From the NCBI RefSeq assembly GCF_009914755.1, contig NC_060929.1: a DNA stretch of 64,000 nt; one strand, 5' to 3'. Below, in pieces: positions 52,321 to 64,000 of the stretch (positions are counted from its first letter, which is position 1; each line of letters begins with the position of its first letter). A model generated the notes under the pieces. That model had not been told where the DNA came from, did no database searches, and was given only the letters and a program-made list of their open reading frames with translations. Origin of the DNA: the human T2T-CHM13v2.0 reference genome, Homo sapiens. The translations under genes were made by a program, and so were the position numbers.

Positions 52321-52448
52321 AGATTTTTTTTCACACTTGTACTCTTCAGTCCTAGAACAGAGGCCACACAGAGAAGATGCTCAACAAATATTGATGAGAT
52401 GTCCAATTAAGGAATAAATAAGTAAATCAAGTATTAAAAAATTTAAGC

Positions 52449-52820
<372 letters not shown>

Positions 52821-53509
52821 TTAATATGATCCAGTCTTCAATATGATCCTTTGACAAAATATACTGAGGCTACCATGAGGTTTTCAGAGAGAAAAATGAT
52901 ATTTTTAAACTCATGTATTGGTAAGATGAAAACAGCAAACTCCAGACTCAACTTTTGATCTTCCAGATTTCCCTTTTCATCCCAAAAATAGCTTCTGTGT
53001 ACTTATATTGCAGGATCCACAACAGAGAAGGAATGAATTAAAATGAAAGGGCACACATTCACGCTGCTCTTCACGGTCTACCGGTGCAGAAGATGGGCGC
53101 TTCAAAAGCCAATTTGTGTAGTGTAATTTATTCTAGCTGCCCAGTGGAAGTAAGTCATACCCTTGGGCCCTCTCATAATGCAGGTTATTTTATTTTTTAA
53201 GTTGGATGAGCATTTCTCACATCATTCAGGTGCACTAGGTATCTAAGAGAAAAATCTCTCACCCTGGGGGTTATATGTACTCTGCTTCCCAGGACTCAGG
53301 CTTACTACCAGATGGACTATGCAGCAGTTGACCCCTTTCCCTGCATTCAGCTGAGAACCTTCCTGAACAAGAAGCCTTCATGAGAGAAAGGATGAACAGG
53401 AAAGCAGTTCCCAGTCAGGAACCCCTTTGATATTTTACAGGATATCTCTATCTCCAACATATTCCATAATGCCAAACTTTCTATAAGATGTTAAGGAAGT
53501 ACATTCAAT

Positions 53510-53720
53510 GTCAATGGTAATAAGCATGAGCCTGCACTGAGAACCTGCTTTGCTACATTGTCTTAGGAAATCCTCACAACAGACTTTGGAAGAAGAGTTA
53601 TTTTCTTTCTATACAGAAGGTCACTTGAGCTCAGTGAGGCGTGGTAGACTTACTCACTATTACCCAACTTGTAATGTGAAGAGCCAGATTGTTACCCCAA
53701 ATCTTTGTGATTCTTTTTTC
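53510..53720 (-). mobile_element. MIR SINE
   Basis: aatcctcacaacag...tatacagaaggtcacttgagctcagtgagg...tgaagagccagatt. Confidence 0.6.
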
Positions 53721-54881
53721 ACATCACCCCATGCTTCTTCAAGGCACACTACTGAACTATAAATGGAATAGAAAATAAATAACGTTTCTCAGGACTGAGT
53801 TAAACCATTTCTTTGTCCACTCAAAGCATAGATCCATTTTCCTCCTGACTTGCTTGGGTGGAGATAAAGTCAGCCTCAAATCAAAAGATCTAATGCCAAT
53901 AAATATTATTGTAATTAACGTAGGTAGTTTTTGAGACCCAGATAAGCTATCAATTCAGCTTGATTGGGTAAGATCACGTAGCAGCGCCTAATTTAGAAAT
54001 CATGCATGGTTATACTGATAAGTTTTTATTTCTGCCGAACTTTATGCCAAGTAAATGCTATCTACCAAGAAACTTCAGGGTGCATTTCCTTAATCTTTAC
54101 TAATTATTCTGTTGACTAAGTGAAAATTAAAATTCTTATCCAGAACAAGCACTTTCTAAGAACTATCTTGTGCCCTGAGGCATCTTTCATGTGAGGTAGC
54201 AGATGTCTCACCTGACAGTCTTTGGCAAAACTTTTCATCTTTAATCTGCAGGTTTAAATTCTGCCATGCTGTTTTTTAATCATCATTTAACTTCTGTTCT
54301 TACTGTTTCATTTATCCTGCAGTTCCGAGTGGAGCTGTGTGATTCTGGAAATAATATTCTCTAGTGTAAGTGTGCTCATTTTAAAAAGTAGAAAAAAATA
54401 CTTTCTCACATACTTCAAACTTATAAACTATTCCAAGGTATCTACTTTCCCCTCAGCCCTGCAAAACACCATTTAATACATCTGTCTTTTAACACAATTC
54501 ATTTTTCTCTATTTCTTATTTATTCATCAGTTCCCACTTAACAATGGTTAAAAGAAATGGGGTGATGGGTCTTTTCTCTCTACCATATTCTCTTAGATTT
54601 TTGTTAAATTCATTATACTTTTATAACAGTTTATCAGGAATCTATTATATGCTTTGTACAAGGATAGATAATTTGGTGAATAAGAAATATATATTTTATA
54701 TATCTGCATAAATACATACTCACATATATAAAACAATAGATTATAATTTCAGATTGTAATAGAGATGCTGAACTACTTCTACAAACTTGGTTAAAAGACT
54801 GTTTACTTTTCTGAATAGTCATCCTCTTTGAAGTTATTAGCTGAGGGTAGAAGAGGCCACTTACTATCAATTCATATCCAT

Positions 54882-55359
54882 ACTGGTAGACAGATTATCG
54901 GGCCCACAAAGATGTCCACACCATAATTCCTGGAAACTGTCTATGCAGATGTGATTACCTAGAAGACCTTAGAGTGGGAAGATTATTGTGGGTTATCCTG
55001 GTGGACCAAATGCCTTCTCAAGAGTCCATATGAGAGGAAGGCAGGAGGGTCAGAGTCAAGGAAATGTGATGATGTGAGCTGAGTGGGGAAAAGGCAACAA
55101 AGCAAAAAGAGAGAGAGATTGGAAGATGTTGTGCTGCTAACTCTGAAGATGAGAGAATGAGCCACAAGCCAAGGAGTACTGGCAGCCTCTAGATGCCAGA
55201 AAAGGCAAGGATTGGATTCTCCCCTGGAGTCATCAGAAGCATCACAGCCCTGCCAACCCTTTTTAGATTTCTAACCTATGGAACTCTATAATAAATTTGG
55301 TCGTTTTGAGCCACTAAAGTTGGTGGTAACTTTTATAGCAGCAATAGGAAACTAATGCA
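54882..55359 (+). mobile_element. MLT1D-like solo LTR
   Basis: caaagatgtccac...gagccacaagccaagga...ggattctcccctggag...gcagcaataggaaactaatgca. Confidence 0.9.
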
Positions 55360-56772
55360 TCTACCAAATCAATTCTGACAAAGAATAAAATGACAACTGT
55401 CATAGTCAGGTTGCCTTGACACTGGAGTTTGTGCAATCAAGACTTGTGCATAAGAGAGAACGAACCTTCACTGATGTCCATGGCTGTAGGCCAGTGCCTC
55501 GTGATCCTTATGGTCATTGTGTTACACAGTAGTATCAACCTTTTGTGGTTTTGCAAGTCTCAGTCTGTCTCAGAAGGCAGAGCATATGTGTTTACCATAA
55601 AGGAGAAATCATTCTCAGTGTCAGTCATGTGAATAGAGGCACGTCTTCAAAGCTGTGAGTCCAAGAAAGGGAATTCAGTGCCTCCCCTTTGATCTGGACG
55701 CTGAGGTGACTAACCAGAGCAGAAGGGATCAAAGCAAGCTTTATCCTGTAGAATCATGCCAGGAACCAGCAAAACAGGACCTTGGAAGTCTGTGATTTTC
55801 CTCTGGAATCCAGGCTAGCATGCCTGGTCTACAATCCTAAGGGACTGACTATATTTTATAAATGCATTTATTTTCATCTCTTACTTGTTAGTAAACTAGG
55901 AAAAAGGTTCCATTTTTTGCGACTTTAAAAAATGCATTTTCTCAGGGAATCTGTAGGATATTTATGCAGGAATTGTAAAAGATATTTATATAAGGGGTCA
56001 TCTTTCCACATTTGAGCCAGTATTTTATAGGAAAGGCCAGCATGACTGCAGCAACAGCAATTAGAGAATAATCCCAAGTGATTTTCAGGGATCTAGTCTA
56101 GGACGGGGACTGGATGTTCTTTTCCACCAGCTCATTCTCTTTTTTCTGATAATCTTGAGGATGCCAGTTTTATTTTTATTGAGAAAAGCTGCATTTCAGG
56201 GCAGCATGGTGAGTGCGGTGGGAAAGCAGGAGCACACTCACATGGATTGGAAAACTTAAGGGCAGCAGGGAGACAGGAGCCAAGTCTTAAAAGGTAAAAG
56301 GATCTGAATAGGTAAAAAGGAGGAAGGAGAATGCACTGGGCAGAGAGACGACTGTGAATGTAGGGAAGGCAGCAGGAATAAACCCCACTGTATCCCTAGA
56401 GCCCCAGGTGCTGACTGGAGCGGGAATTAAGGCAGGACCAGGTAGGACTGTAAACTATTACTAATGGGGTGTACAGCAGGAAGCCATTCTCTCTCCAGGA
56501 AGTGAAACAACATGATGACATTAGTGTGCCAGGAAGACAGGTGGCAGTAAAGAAAGACAGCATGATGGGAATATTGACCAATCACAAGAAAAGGCTGGTG
56601 TGCAAGGACCACCTATGCAAGCATGGTAGGCACAGGGATAGAGAGGAAGATGGGATGAGCCTGATAATACATGGAGGAAAACATGCCAAAGCTTAGAAGT
56701 ACATTGGATATAAGAAAAATGGAAATAGATGAGGGTACGTTTGAAAAAATACGAAGAATTTAATAAGGCAGG

Positions 56773-57148
56773 TATATCAGTTTGTTAGGGCTGCTATGAC
56801 AAAGTACTACAGACTGGTGGCTCAAACAACAGAAATATATCCTTTCACAACTCTGGAGGCTAGACGTCTGAGAGCAAGGTGTCAGCAAGGATGCTTCTCC
56901 TGAGGCCTCTCTCCTTGGCTTGTAGATGACCGACTCCTCCCTGTGTCTTCACATGGCCTTCCCTCTGTACCTGCTCTCCTCTTCTTAGAAGGACACCAGT
57001 CATATTGGATTAGGGCCCCCTCTAATGACCTCATCTTAACTTAATGGCCACTTTAAAAACCCTATCTCCAAATACGGTCACACTCTGAGGTACTGAGGGT
57101 TAGGACTTCAACATACGAATTTTAGGGGACCCAACTCAGCCCCTATCA
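56773..57148 (-). mobile_element. MLT1B solo LTR
   Basis: agggctgctatgacaaagtac...aaggacaccagtcatattggattaggg...tagggttaggacttcaacat-like 3' part. Confidence 0.9.
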
Positions 57149-57417
57149 GTAAGGTAAATTGGGGAGAGGGAGCAAGAAGACAGTAAGTTTAATTTTGAAC
57201 AAGTTGAATTAAGGAGCTATCAAGCGAGCCTCCTACAATCTCCTGCTATAAAGGTTCCTAAGTGGCAAAATTACTTGCAGTCCCCAAAGGATGATTCATT
57301 TGTTTTAGGAACTGCCAAGGCAATAAAATGTTGGGAACTCTAGAAATCAATTTCCTATGGATCCTGAAGCCCAGAGAGACTCCTAATTTTCTGTAGCACT
57401 CTACGACGCTTTTATAC

Positions 57418-57697
57418 CAAAATGTCTCACAGTGTGTTCCACAGGTCATTAGCCCCATTAAATGCGGCGTAATCACAAGCTTTCTGTAGCCAAATAAATT
57501 TGAGAGGGCCTGCATACTATGGTATCCACCTGGAGAACCACAATGCACATTGATAAAGGCAATTAGAAATCTTTCAGCAAATAAATGGCAGGGTTTGTTT
57601 TTGCTTAATCTGCGTTCTCAATCTGATTTGACCATAAACACTTTTGCTTAATATAGTCTCTTTCATGTCCTACAGAATAGAGTTCTGTGAAAAGCTG
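57418..57697 (-). mobile_element. MER103C-like hAT-Charlie element
   Basis: agtgtgttccac...ccaaataaatttg...ctgcatactat...cacaatgcacatt...atttgaccataa. Confidence 0.65.
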
Positions 57698-57907
57698 TTC
57701 TTAGACCTATCTTGAAACTTGAATTTTGGCCTCAATGTCCCCACATTAGGATTTTGAGTATAACATCATCAGGGCATGAGATAGCCCTCTGACACCTAGA
57801 AATAATGTATGCTGAAAGCACCAAGCTATGGAACCTGCGATAGGGAGAAGAAAGTAATGAGGGCAGCTGTTCTCTATTGCTCTAGGCAGAAAGAATAATG
57901 CCCCCCA

Positions 57908-57908
57908 C

Positions 57909-57965
<57 letters not shown>

Positions 57966-57966
57966 A
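57908..57966. repeat. (CA)n microsatellite
   Basis: Direct reading. Confidence 0.97.
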
Positions 57967-58242
57967 AAGATCTCCACATCCTAATCCCTGGGACCTGTGA
58001 CTAGGTTGTTGTATGGCAAGGGGAAATTAAGTTTGTAAATGAAATTAAGGTTACTAGTCATGTGACTTTAAAATAAACAGAAAACAGATTACATGGGATT
58101 ATTCCAGCAGGCCCAGAGTAATTACCATTTTTCTTAAATGGGTGACAAGGCAGTAAAAATGGCAACACTAGAAGAACTCCACTGGCCATTGCTGGCTTTG
58201 AAAATGGAAGCAGGCCATGGGCCAGGACATGCAGATGGCATT

Positions 58243-60586
58243 TGATATGGTCAGGCTTTGCATTCCCACCCACATCTCATCTTGAATTATAATCCCTATA
58301 ATCCCCAAGTGTCAAGGGAGAGACCAGGTGGAGGTAAATGAATCATGGGGCAGTGTTTCTCCCATGCTGTTCTCATGAAAGTGAGTCAGTTTTATAAGGG
58401 GCTCTTCCACCTTCACTACTTGCACTTCTCCTTCCTGCCACCTTGGGAAGAAGGTGCCTTGCTTCCCCTTCACCTTCCACCATAATTGTAAGTTTCCTGA
58501 GGCCTCCCCAGTCATGCTGAACTGCGAGTCAATTAAACCTCTTTCCTTTATAAATTACCCAGTCTCGGGCAGTACTTTGTAGTAGTGTGAAAATAAATTA
58601 ATACAGTAAATTGGTACCACAGAGAGTTGGGTGCTGCTATAAAGATACCCAAAAATGTGAAAGTGACTTTGGAACTGGGTAACAGGCAGAGGTTGGAACA
58701 GTTTGGAGGGCTCAGAAGAAGACAAGAAGATGTGGGAAAGTTTGGAACTTCCTAGAGACTTATTAAATGGCTTTGACCAAAGTGCTGATACTGATATGGA
58801 CAGTGAAGTCCAGGCTGAGGTAGTCTCAGATGGAGATGAGGAGCTTGTTGGGAACTTGAGCAAAGATGACTCTTCCTATGCTTTAGCAGAGACTGGCAGC
58901 ATTTTGCCCCTGCCCTAGTGATCTGTAGAACTTTGAACTTGTGAGAGATGATCTAGGACATTTGGAAGAAGAAATTTCTAAACAGCAAAGCATTCAAGAG
59001 ATGACTTGAGTCCTCAAAAGCATTCAGTTTTATGCATTCCCAAAGAGATGGTTTGGAATTAGAACTTATGTTAAAAAAAGAAGCAGAGCATAAAATTTTG
59101 GAAAGTTTGCAGCCTAATGGTGCAATAGAAAAGAAAAACCCATTTTCTGAAGAGAAATTGAAGCTGGCTGCAGAAATTTGTATAAGTAATGAGGAGCCAG
59201 ATGTCAATTGACAAGACAATGGGGAAAATGTGTCCAGGGCATGTCAGAAATCCTCATGGCAGCCCCCCTTTCAAAGGCCCAGAGGCCTAGGAGGGAAAAA
59301 TGGTCTTGTGGGCCAGGCCCAGGGCCTGGCTGCTTTGTGCAGTCTCAGGATTTCGTGTCCTATGTTCAAACCGTGGCCAAAAGGGGCCAATGTACAGCTA
59401 AGGTGTTTCTTCAGAGGGTGCAAGCTCTAAGCTTTGGCAGTCTCCATGTGATATTGGGCCAGCAGGTGCACTGAAGTCAAGAATTGAGGTTTGGGAACCT
59501 CTGCCTAGATTTCAGAAGATGTATGGAAAGGTCTAGATGTCCATTTAGAAGTTTGCTGCAGGGTTGGTGCCCTGATGGAAAACCTCTGCTAGGGCAGTGC
59601 AGAAGGAAAATGTGGGATCAGAGCCCCCACACACAGTCCCCACTGCGGCACTGCCTAGTGGAGCTGTGAGAAGAGGGCCACTGTCCTCCAGATGCCAGAA
59701 TGGTAGATCCACCAACAGCTTGCACCATGGGCCTGGAAAAACCATAGACACTCCACATCAGCCCATGAAAGCAGCCAGGAAAGCTTTACCTGCAAAGCCC
59801 CAGGGGTGGAGGTGCCCAAGGCTGTGGAAGCCCACCATTTGCATCAGTGTGACCCGGATGTGAGACATGGAATTAAAGGAGATCATTTTGGAGCTTTGAG
59901 ACATGACTGCCCCGCTGGATTTCAGACTTGCATAGGGCCTGTAGCCCCTTCATTTTGGCCAATTTCTCTCATTTTGAACAGGTGTATTTACCCAATGCCT
60001 GTACCTGCATTGTATCTAGGAAGTAACTAACTTGCTTTTCATTTTACGGTCTCATAGACAGTAGAGACTTGCTTGTCTCAGATGAGACTTTGGACTTGGA
60101 CTTTTGAGTTAATGCTGGAATGAATTAAGATTTTGGTGGAGTGTTGGGAAGGCATGATTGGTTTTGAAATGTGAAAGAGACATGAGTTTTGGGAGGGGCT
60201 GGGGTGGAATGATATGGTTAGGCTTTATGTCCCAACCAAAATCTCATCTTGAATCATAAAACCCATAATCCCCATGTGTCAAGGGAAGGACCAGGTGAAA
60301 GTAATTGAATCATGGGGGCAGTTGTCCCCATGCTGTTCTTGTTTTAGTGAGTGAGTTCTCATGAGATCTGATGGTTTTATAAGGGGCTCTTCCCCCTTCA
60401 CTCAGCATTCTCCTTCCTGCCACCTTGTGAAGAAGGTGCCTTGCCCCCCTTCAACCTCCCCCATGATTGTAAGTTTCCTGAGGGCTCCCCCATCATGCTG
60501 AACTGTGAGTCAATTAAACCTCTTTCCTTTATAAATTACCTAGTTTTGGGCAGTTCTTTATAGCAGCATGAAAATGGACTAATACA
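58243..60586 (+). mobile_element. Full-length THE1C/D MaLR provirus (LTRs 58243-58605 and 60210-60586)
   Basis: Two homologous LTRs; internal gtaaattggtacc...PPT gggaggggctggggtggaa; broken MaLR ORF (MWESLELPRDLLNGFDQ). Confidence 0.96.
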
Positions 60587-61189
60587 ATGTCTAAAAGCTG
60601 GAAAAAGCAAAGAAAATAGATTCTCCCCTTGGGCCTCCAGAACGAATACAACTTTTCTGACACCTTGGTTTTAGCCCACTGAGATCATTTTAGAGTTCTC
60701 ACCTCCAGAACTGTAAGAGAATAAATTCATATTGTCTTAAACCACGTTTTTTTTTTCAGAAATTTCTCATGGGAGTGAAAAAAAAAAAACTAATACAGAA
60801 CCTCACAGGATAATTTAGAAGGCTCTTATGAATTGTTGATTTCTAAAGGTAAGTTACGTCCTTGCTAGAGAAGTAACATAATAGCTAAACACAAGTGCTT
60901 AGTATTTATTTTGCATGCCAGTGATATTTATAATCTAGCTTTGATTATAGGAGAGCAAGAGCAATGCCATCCTAATTATCAGATCTTCTTCACAGATCAG
61001 AGAATAGTATATCTGTTATCTAGGGATGTTTTATTTATTGATTGGAGTTAATTTTTCAGAGCAAATCTGTGATTAAAACTAAGATGATAGAATATCACAC
61101 ATCAAAGATGTGGACTTTGTTTGATTCACTCAGACCAGGGCTCAGTCATACCTGCATTTGTTACTCACCATGCTGGGCTGAACGATAAC

Positions 61190-61350
61190 AATTCATTCCC
61201 CAAATATTGATTGTGCTGCACCCACCACCACTTCCCAGGCACTGTTCCAGGCACTGTGATGGAGACAAGCAAGGTTTCTGCTCTCATGTAGTTTACATTC
61301 CTGCAGAAGTGAACAGCCAACAAAGGAAGCAAATAACTAAATAATATTTG
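61190..61350 (-). mobile_element. L2 3' end fragment
   Basis: attcattccccaaatattgattgtgc...ccaggcactgttccaggcactg...ctgctctcatgtagtttacattc. Confidence 0.7.
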
Positions 61351-61369
61351 CTTCTCAGGCAAGGGGTGA

Positions 61370-61789
61370 TGTATTCATTTCCTGGGGCTGTGTGGATTTA
61401 ACAACAGAAATTTACTGTCTTATAGTTCTGGAAGCTAGAAGTCTAAAATCAAGGTGTTGGCAGGGTTGGTTCCTTCTGAGGGCTGTGAAACAGAATCTAT
61501 TCTATGCCTCTCATGTAGCCTCTCATAGCTTTGGGTGCTTCTTGCCTTGTAGATGACATTCTCCCTGTGTCTTCAGGTTGTCTTTCCTCTGCACGTATGT
61601 GTCTCTAAATCTAAATTCCCCCTTTTTCTAAGGACACTGATCATACTAGATTAGAACTCACCCTCATAAACTCATTTTTACTTGATTATCTGTAAAGACC
61701 CTATTTCAAAATAAAGTCACAATCATAAGAACTGGGGGTTAGAACTTCTATATCTTTGCAGGGTGGGGAGCACAACCCAATTCATAACA
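61370..61789 (-). mobile_element. MLT1C-like solo LTR
   Basis: aatcaaggtgttggcagggttggttccttctgagggctgtga...aaagaccctatttcaaaataaagtcaca...cataaca. Confidence 0.88.
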
Positions 61790-61923
61790 AGGAGGTTGGG
61801 AAGACCCTGAAACCAACTCAGTGGAAGTAGGGAGGTGCTAGTTGAAGCCATGGAGATTCCTCCAGCCAGCCCTTCCTGCTGTTATGCTGGGAGAGCTATG
61901 GCTAACAGCACCAACTCTGGCTG

Positions 61924-62319
61924 TGTGATAACTCAGTTGATCACTGAGTGTCAACTTCATTGGATTGAAGGACCCAAGTATTGATCCCGGGTGTGTCTGT
62001 GAGGGCATTGCCAAAGGAGATTAACATTTGAGTCAGTGGGCTGGGTAAGGCAGACCCACCCTTAATCTGGTGGGCCCAATCTAATCAGCTGCCAGTGAAT
62101 ATAAAGGAGGCAGAAAAAATGTGAAAGAGCAAGACTGGCCTAGCCTCCCAGCCTACATCTGTCTCATCTGTCTCCACTGTTAGATGCTTCCAGCCCTCAA
62201 ACATCGGACTCCAGGTTCTTCAGTTTTGAGACTCAGACTGGCTCTCCTTGCTCCTTAAGCTTGCAGACAGCCTATTATGGGATCTTGTGATGGTGTAAGC
62301 TAATACTTAATAAACTCCC

Positions 62320-62356
<37 letters not shown>

Positions 62357-62435
62357 AATATGGAACTAATAGGAGATATATATATATCTCTCTCTCCTAT
62401 TACTTCTGTCCCTCTAGAGAACCCTTACTAATACA
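61924..62435 (+). mobile_element. MLT2A (HERVL LTR, MLT2A1-like) solo LTR with internal (TG)n/(TA)n
   Basis: tgtgat...gagtgtcaactt...gagattaacatttgagtcagtggg...ctctagagaacccttactaataca; exact TSD GGCTG. Confidence 0.95.
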
Positions 62436-62744
62436 GGCTGTTTTGCAGAGATTATTCTTCCACTTGCTCATTTATGCTCTCCCTGGTATTAAGCTCTCTC
62501 AAGTATTCAGAATCCCTTCTCCAAGGGCTTCTGAGTGGTGCTCACCTTCCCTTGATTTCACCATTACCCAGAATCTGCATAATAATATTGAACCTAATCA
62601 TCTTTCATGAGATGATGCTCTTGTGCAGAAAGATCATTAGGTGACATTTGATTTAGGGTTGGGTGAAATTATGTCTTCTTTGAGCATTTTCAGATATTGT
62701 TTGGTCATGTCTGAAAATGAGAGGACCACGTAACAATGTACATA

Positions 62745-62930
62745 TTTGTGTATTGCTTTATAAGAAGCTTCTTCATAGATATTTTACATTTTGTCTTCTC
62801 AATGGATCTATGGGACATAAATTAATATCCTTATTTAATGAAGACAGTTAGCCTCAAAGACATTGCCAGCCATGCCTGAGATCACAAAGCTCCTCAGTGG
62901 TAGGTGTGAGATTCGAACACAAGTTGGTAC
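62745..62930 (-). mobile_element. MIR SINE
   Basis: attttacattttgtcttctc...attaatatccttattt...gcctgagatcacaaagct...gagattcgaacacaag. Confidence 0.6.
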
Positions 62931-64000
62931 GGTTTTGCTTAAGATCATCTGTCACTTGAAATTATTTGAAACTGGAAAATACGGTGATGATGAAGGCTAA
63001 TTAAATACTAGAATGTGATCCTCTCACTCACTAGGTAAATTTTCACCAAAATCATTCCTTTCTGCTGCATCACACTCCCTTCAGGTGAATTGAGAAACTG
63101 TCTCTTCAGGATTTCAGCTCCCTCCTGACTGCACAGCTAATAAATCTTTCTTCCCTGTAAGAGACATGTCATGATCAATATTTTCCTGTGCTGAAAACCC
63201 TATGTTTTATCACAAAAGATCTAGCTTCGAACTTAATTCCATTTTGTTCACTTTCATTCTCCTCTTATTCAGATTTAAAAAAAAAAAACATATCAAAAAG
63301 AAGTTTTCAAAAGGCAGATTATCATTCCCACATGGGGAACTGTTCTAAATGTGCTTTAGAAAGAGCTTGATGCTGCCAAAATGGCTCAAAAGGCTAACAA
63401 GTCCATGGGTGGTTATTAATTGAGAAAGATTATTGTCTGTGTGCTCCAGAGAAGGAGGGAAAAGGCTCTCTGCTCATTATAGCTCTACCCTCTGTTCTTC
63501 TCATAACCTTTGTTGGAACTTGCAAGGTGGCAGGCCAGTCCATGGGCTTCAGGCTAAAGGAGGAGAATGCTTAACATGAATAGGTCAAAGAGTGTACTGT
63601 CTCATAACGAAATCTCAGAGAGAAGTACTTAATTCCAATGCTGGAAACCTTGTAAAGGTTAATAGCAGGGAAAAAATCCATGGCCAGAAGACAGTCAAAT
63701 TCACGCCTATCCAGCATGTGTGGTTGTCACCTGAGAGGAAAGCTCTGTGTGTTTAACCACAATGTGAAAGTGAGGAATCAAATCGCTGGCATGACCCAAG
63801 CTTCTTTATTTCCTTGATTATTGCCCACATGTAATGTATTATTTGGCATAGTGGGCTTCTCAGAATTTTGATAAAATTACATGACTTCCGCAGTGAGAAT
63901 TGCATTGGTTTCTCTATCCTTTTTTCCACATCCTGCCATATCATGACAATAAAACACACAAGAACTTCTAACAAAAGTCTTATTAGAATGTTTTATTACC

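Larger units (their letters stand above)
57881..60797 (+). mobile_element. MLT1D-like LTR split by a THE1 provirus (parts 57881-58242 and 60587-60797)
   Basis: aaagatctccacatcctaatccctgg...gctggctttgaaaatgga | aagctggaaaaagcaaag...gattctcccc...ccagaactgtaagagaataaat...actaataca. Confidence 0.88.

Noticed and set aside
63360-63640. Possible L3/CR1 fragment
   Set aside because: Only a short resemblance (gctgccaaaa...aaggctaa); too weak to call by eye.

Overview
Primate (probably human) non-coding genomic DNA, intergenic or deep intronic. I can support no protein-coding gene, RNA gene, CpG island or prokaryotic-type system, and every longer ORF is repeat-derived or incidental. Roughly half or more of the window is interspersed repeats: 8 Alus, several L1s, L2/MIR/L3 relics, hAT DNA transposons (MER20, MER5, MER58A, MER96, MER103C) and many LTR elements. 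The L1s include an ~11 kb nest of old L1MA holding a 5'-complete L1PA15-like copy. The LTR elements include three two-LTR MaLR proviruses (THE1B, MST, THE1C/D), an internally deleted ERVL with LTR16, and solo MLT1/MLT2/THE1/MER39/MER67 LTRs. Subfamily names come from remembered consensus sequences and need RepeatMasker/Dfam confirmation. I see no new biological system. The most notable items are small rearrangement footprints: a ~75 bp inverted duplication spanning an LTR boundary, an MLT2 LTR with a duplicated 3' end enclosing captured sequence, a probable ancient L1 3' transduction, a dispersed ~90 bp direct duplication, micro-retroinsertions, and several intact DUX4-type motifs in THE1/MLT2A LTRs.
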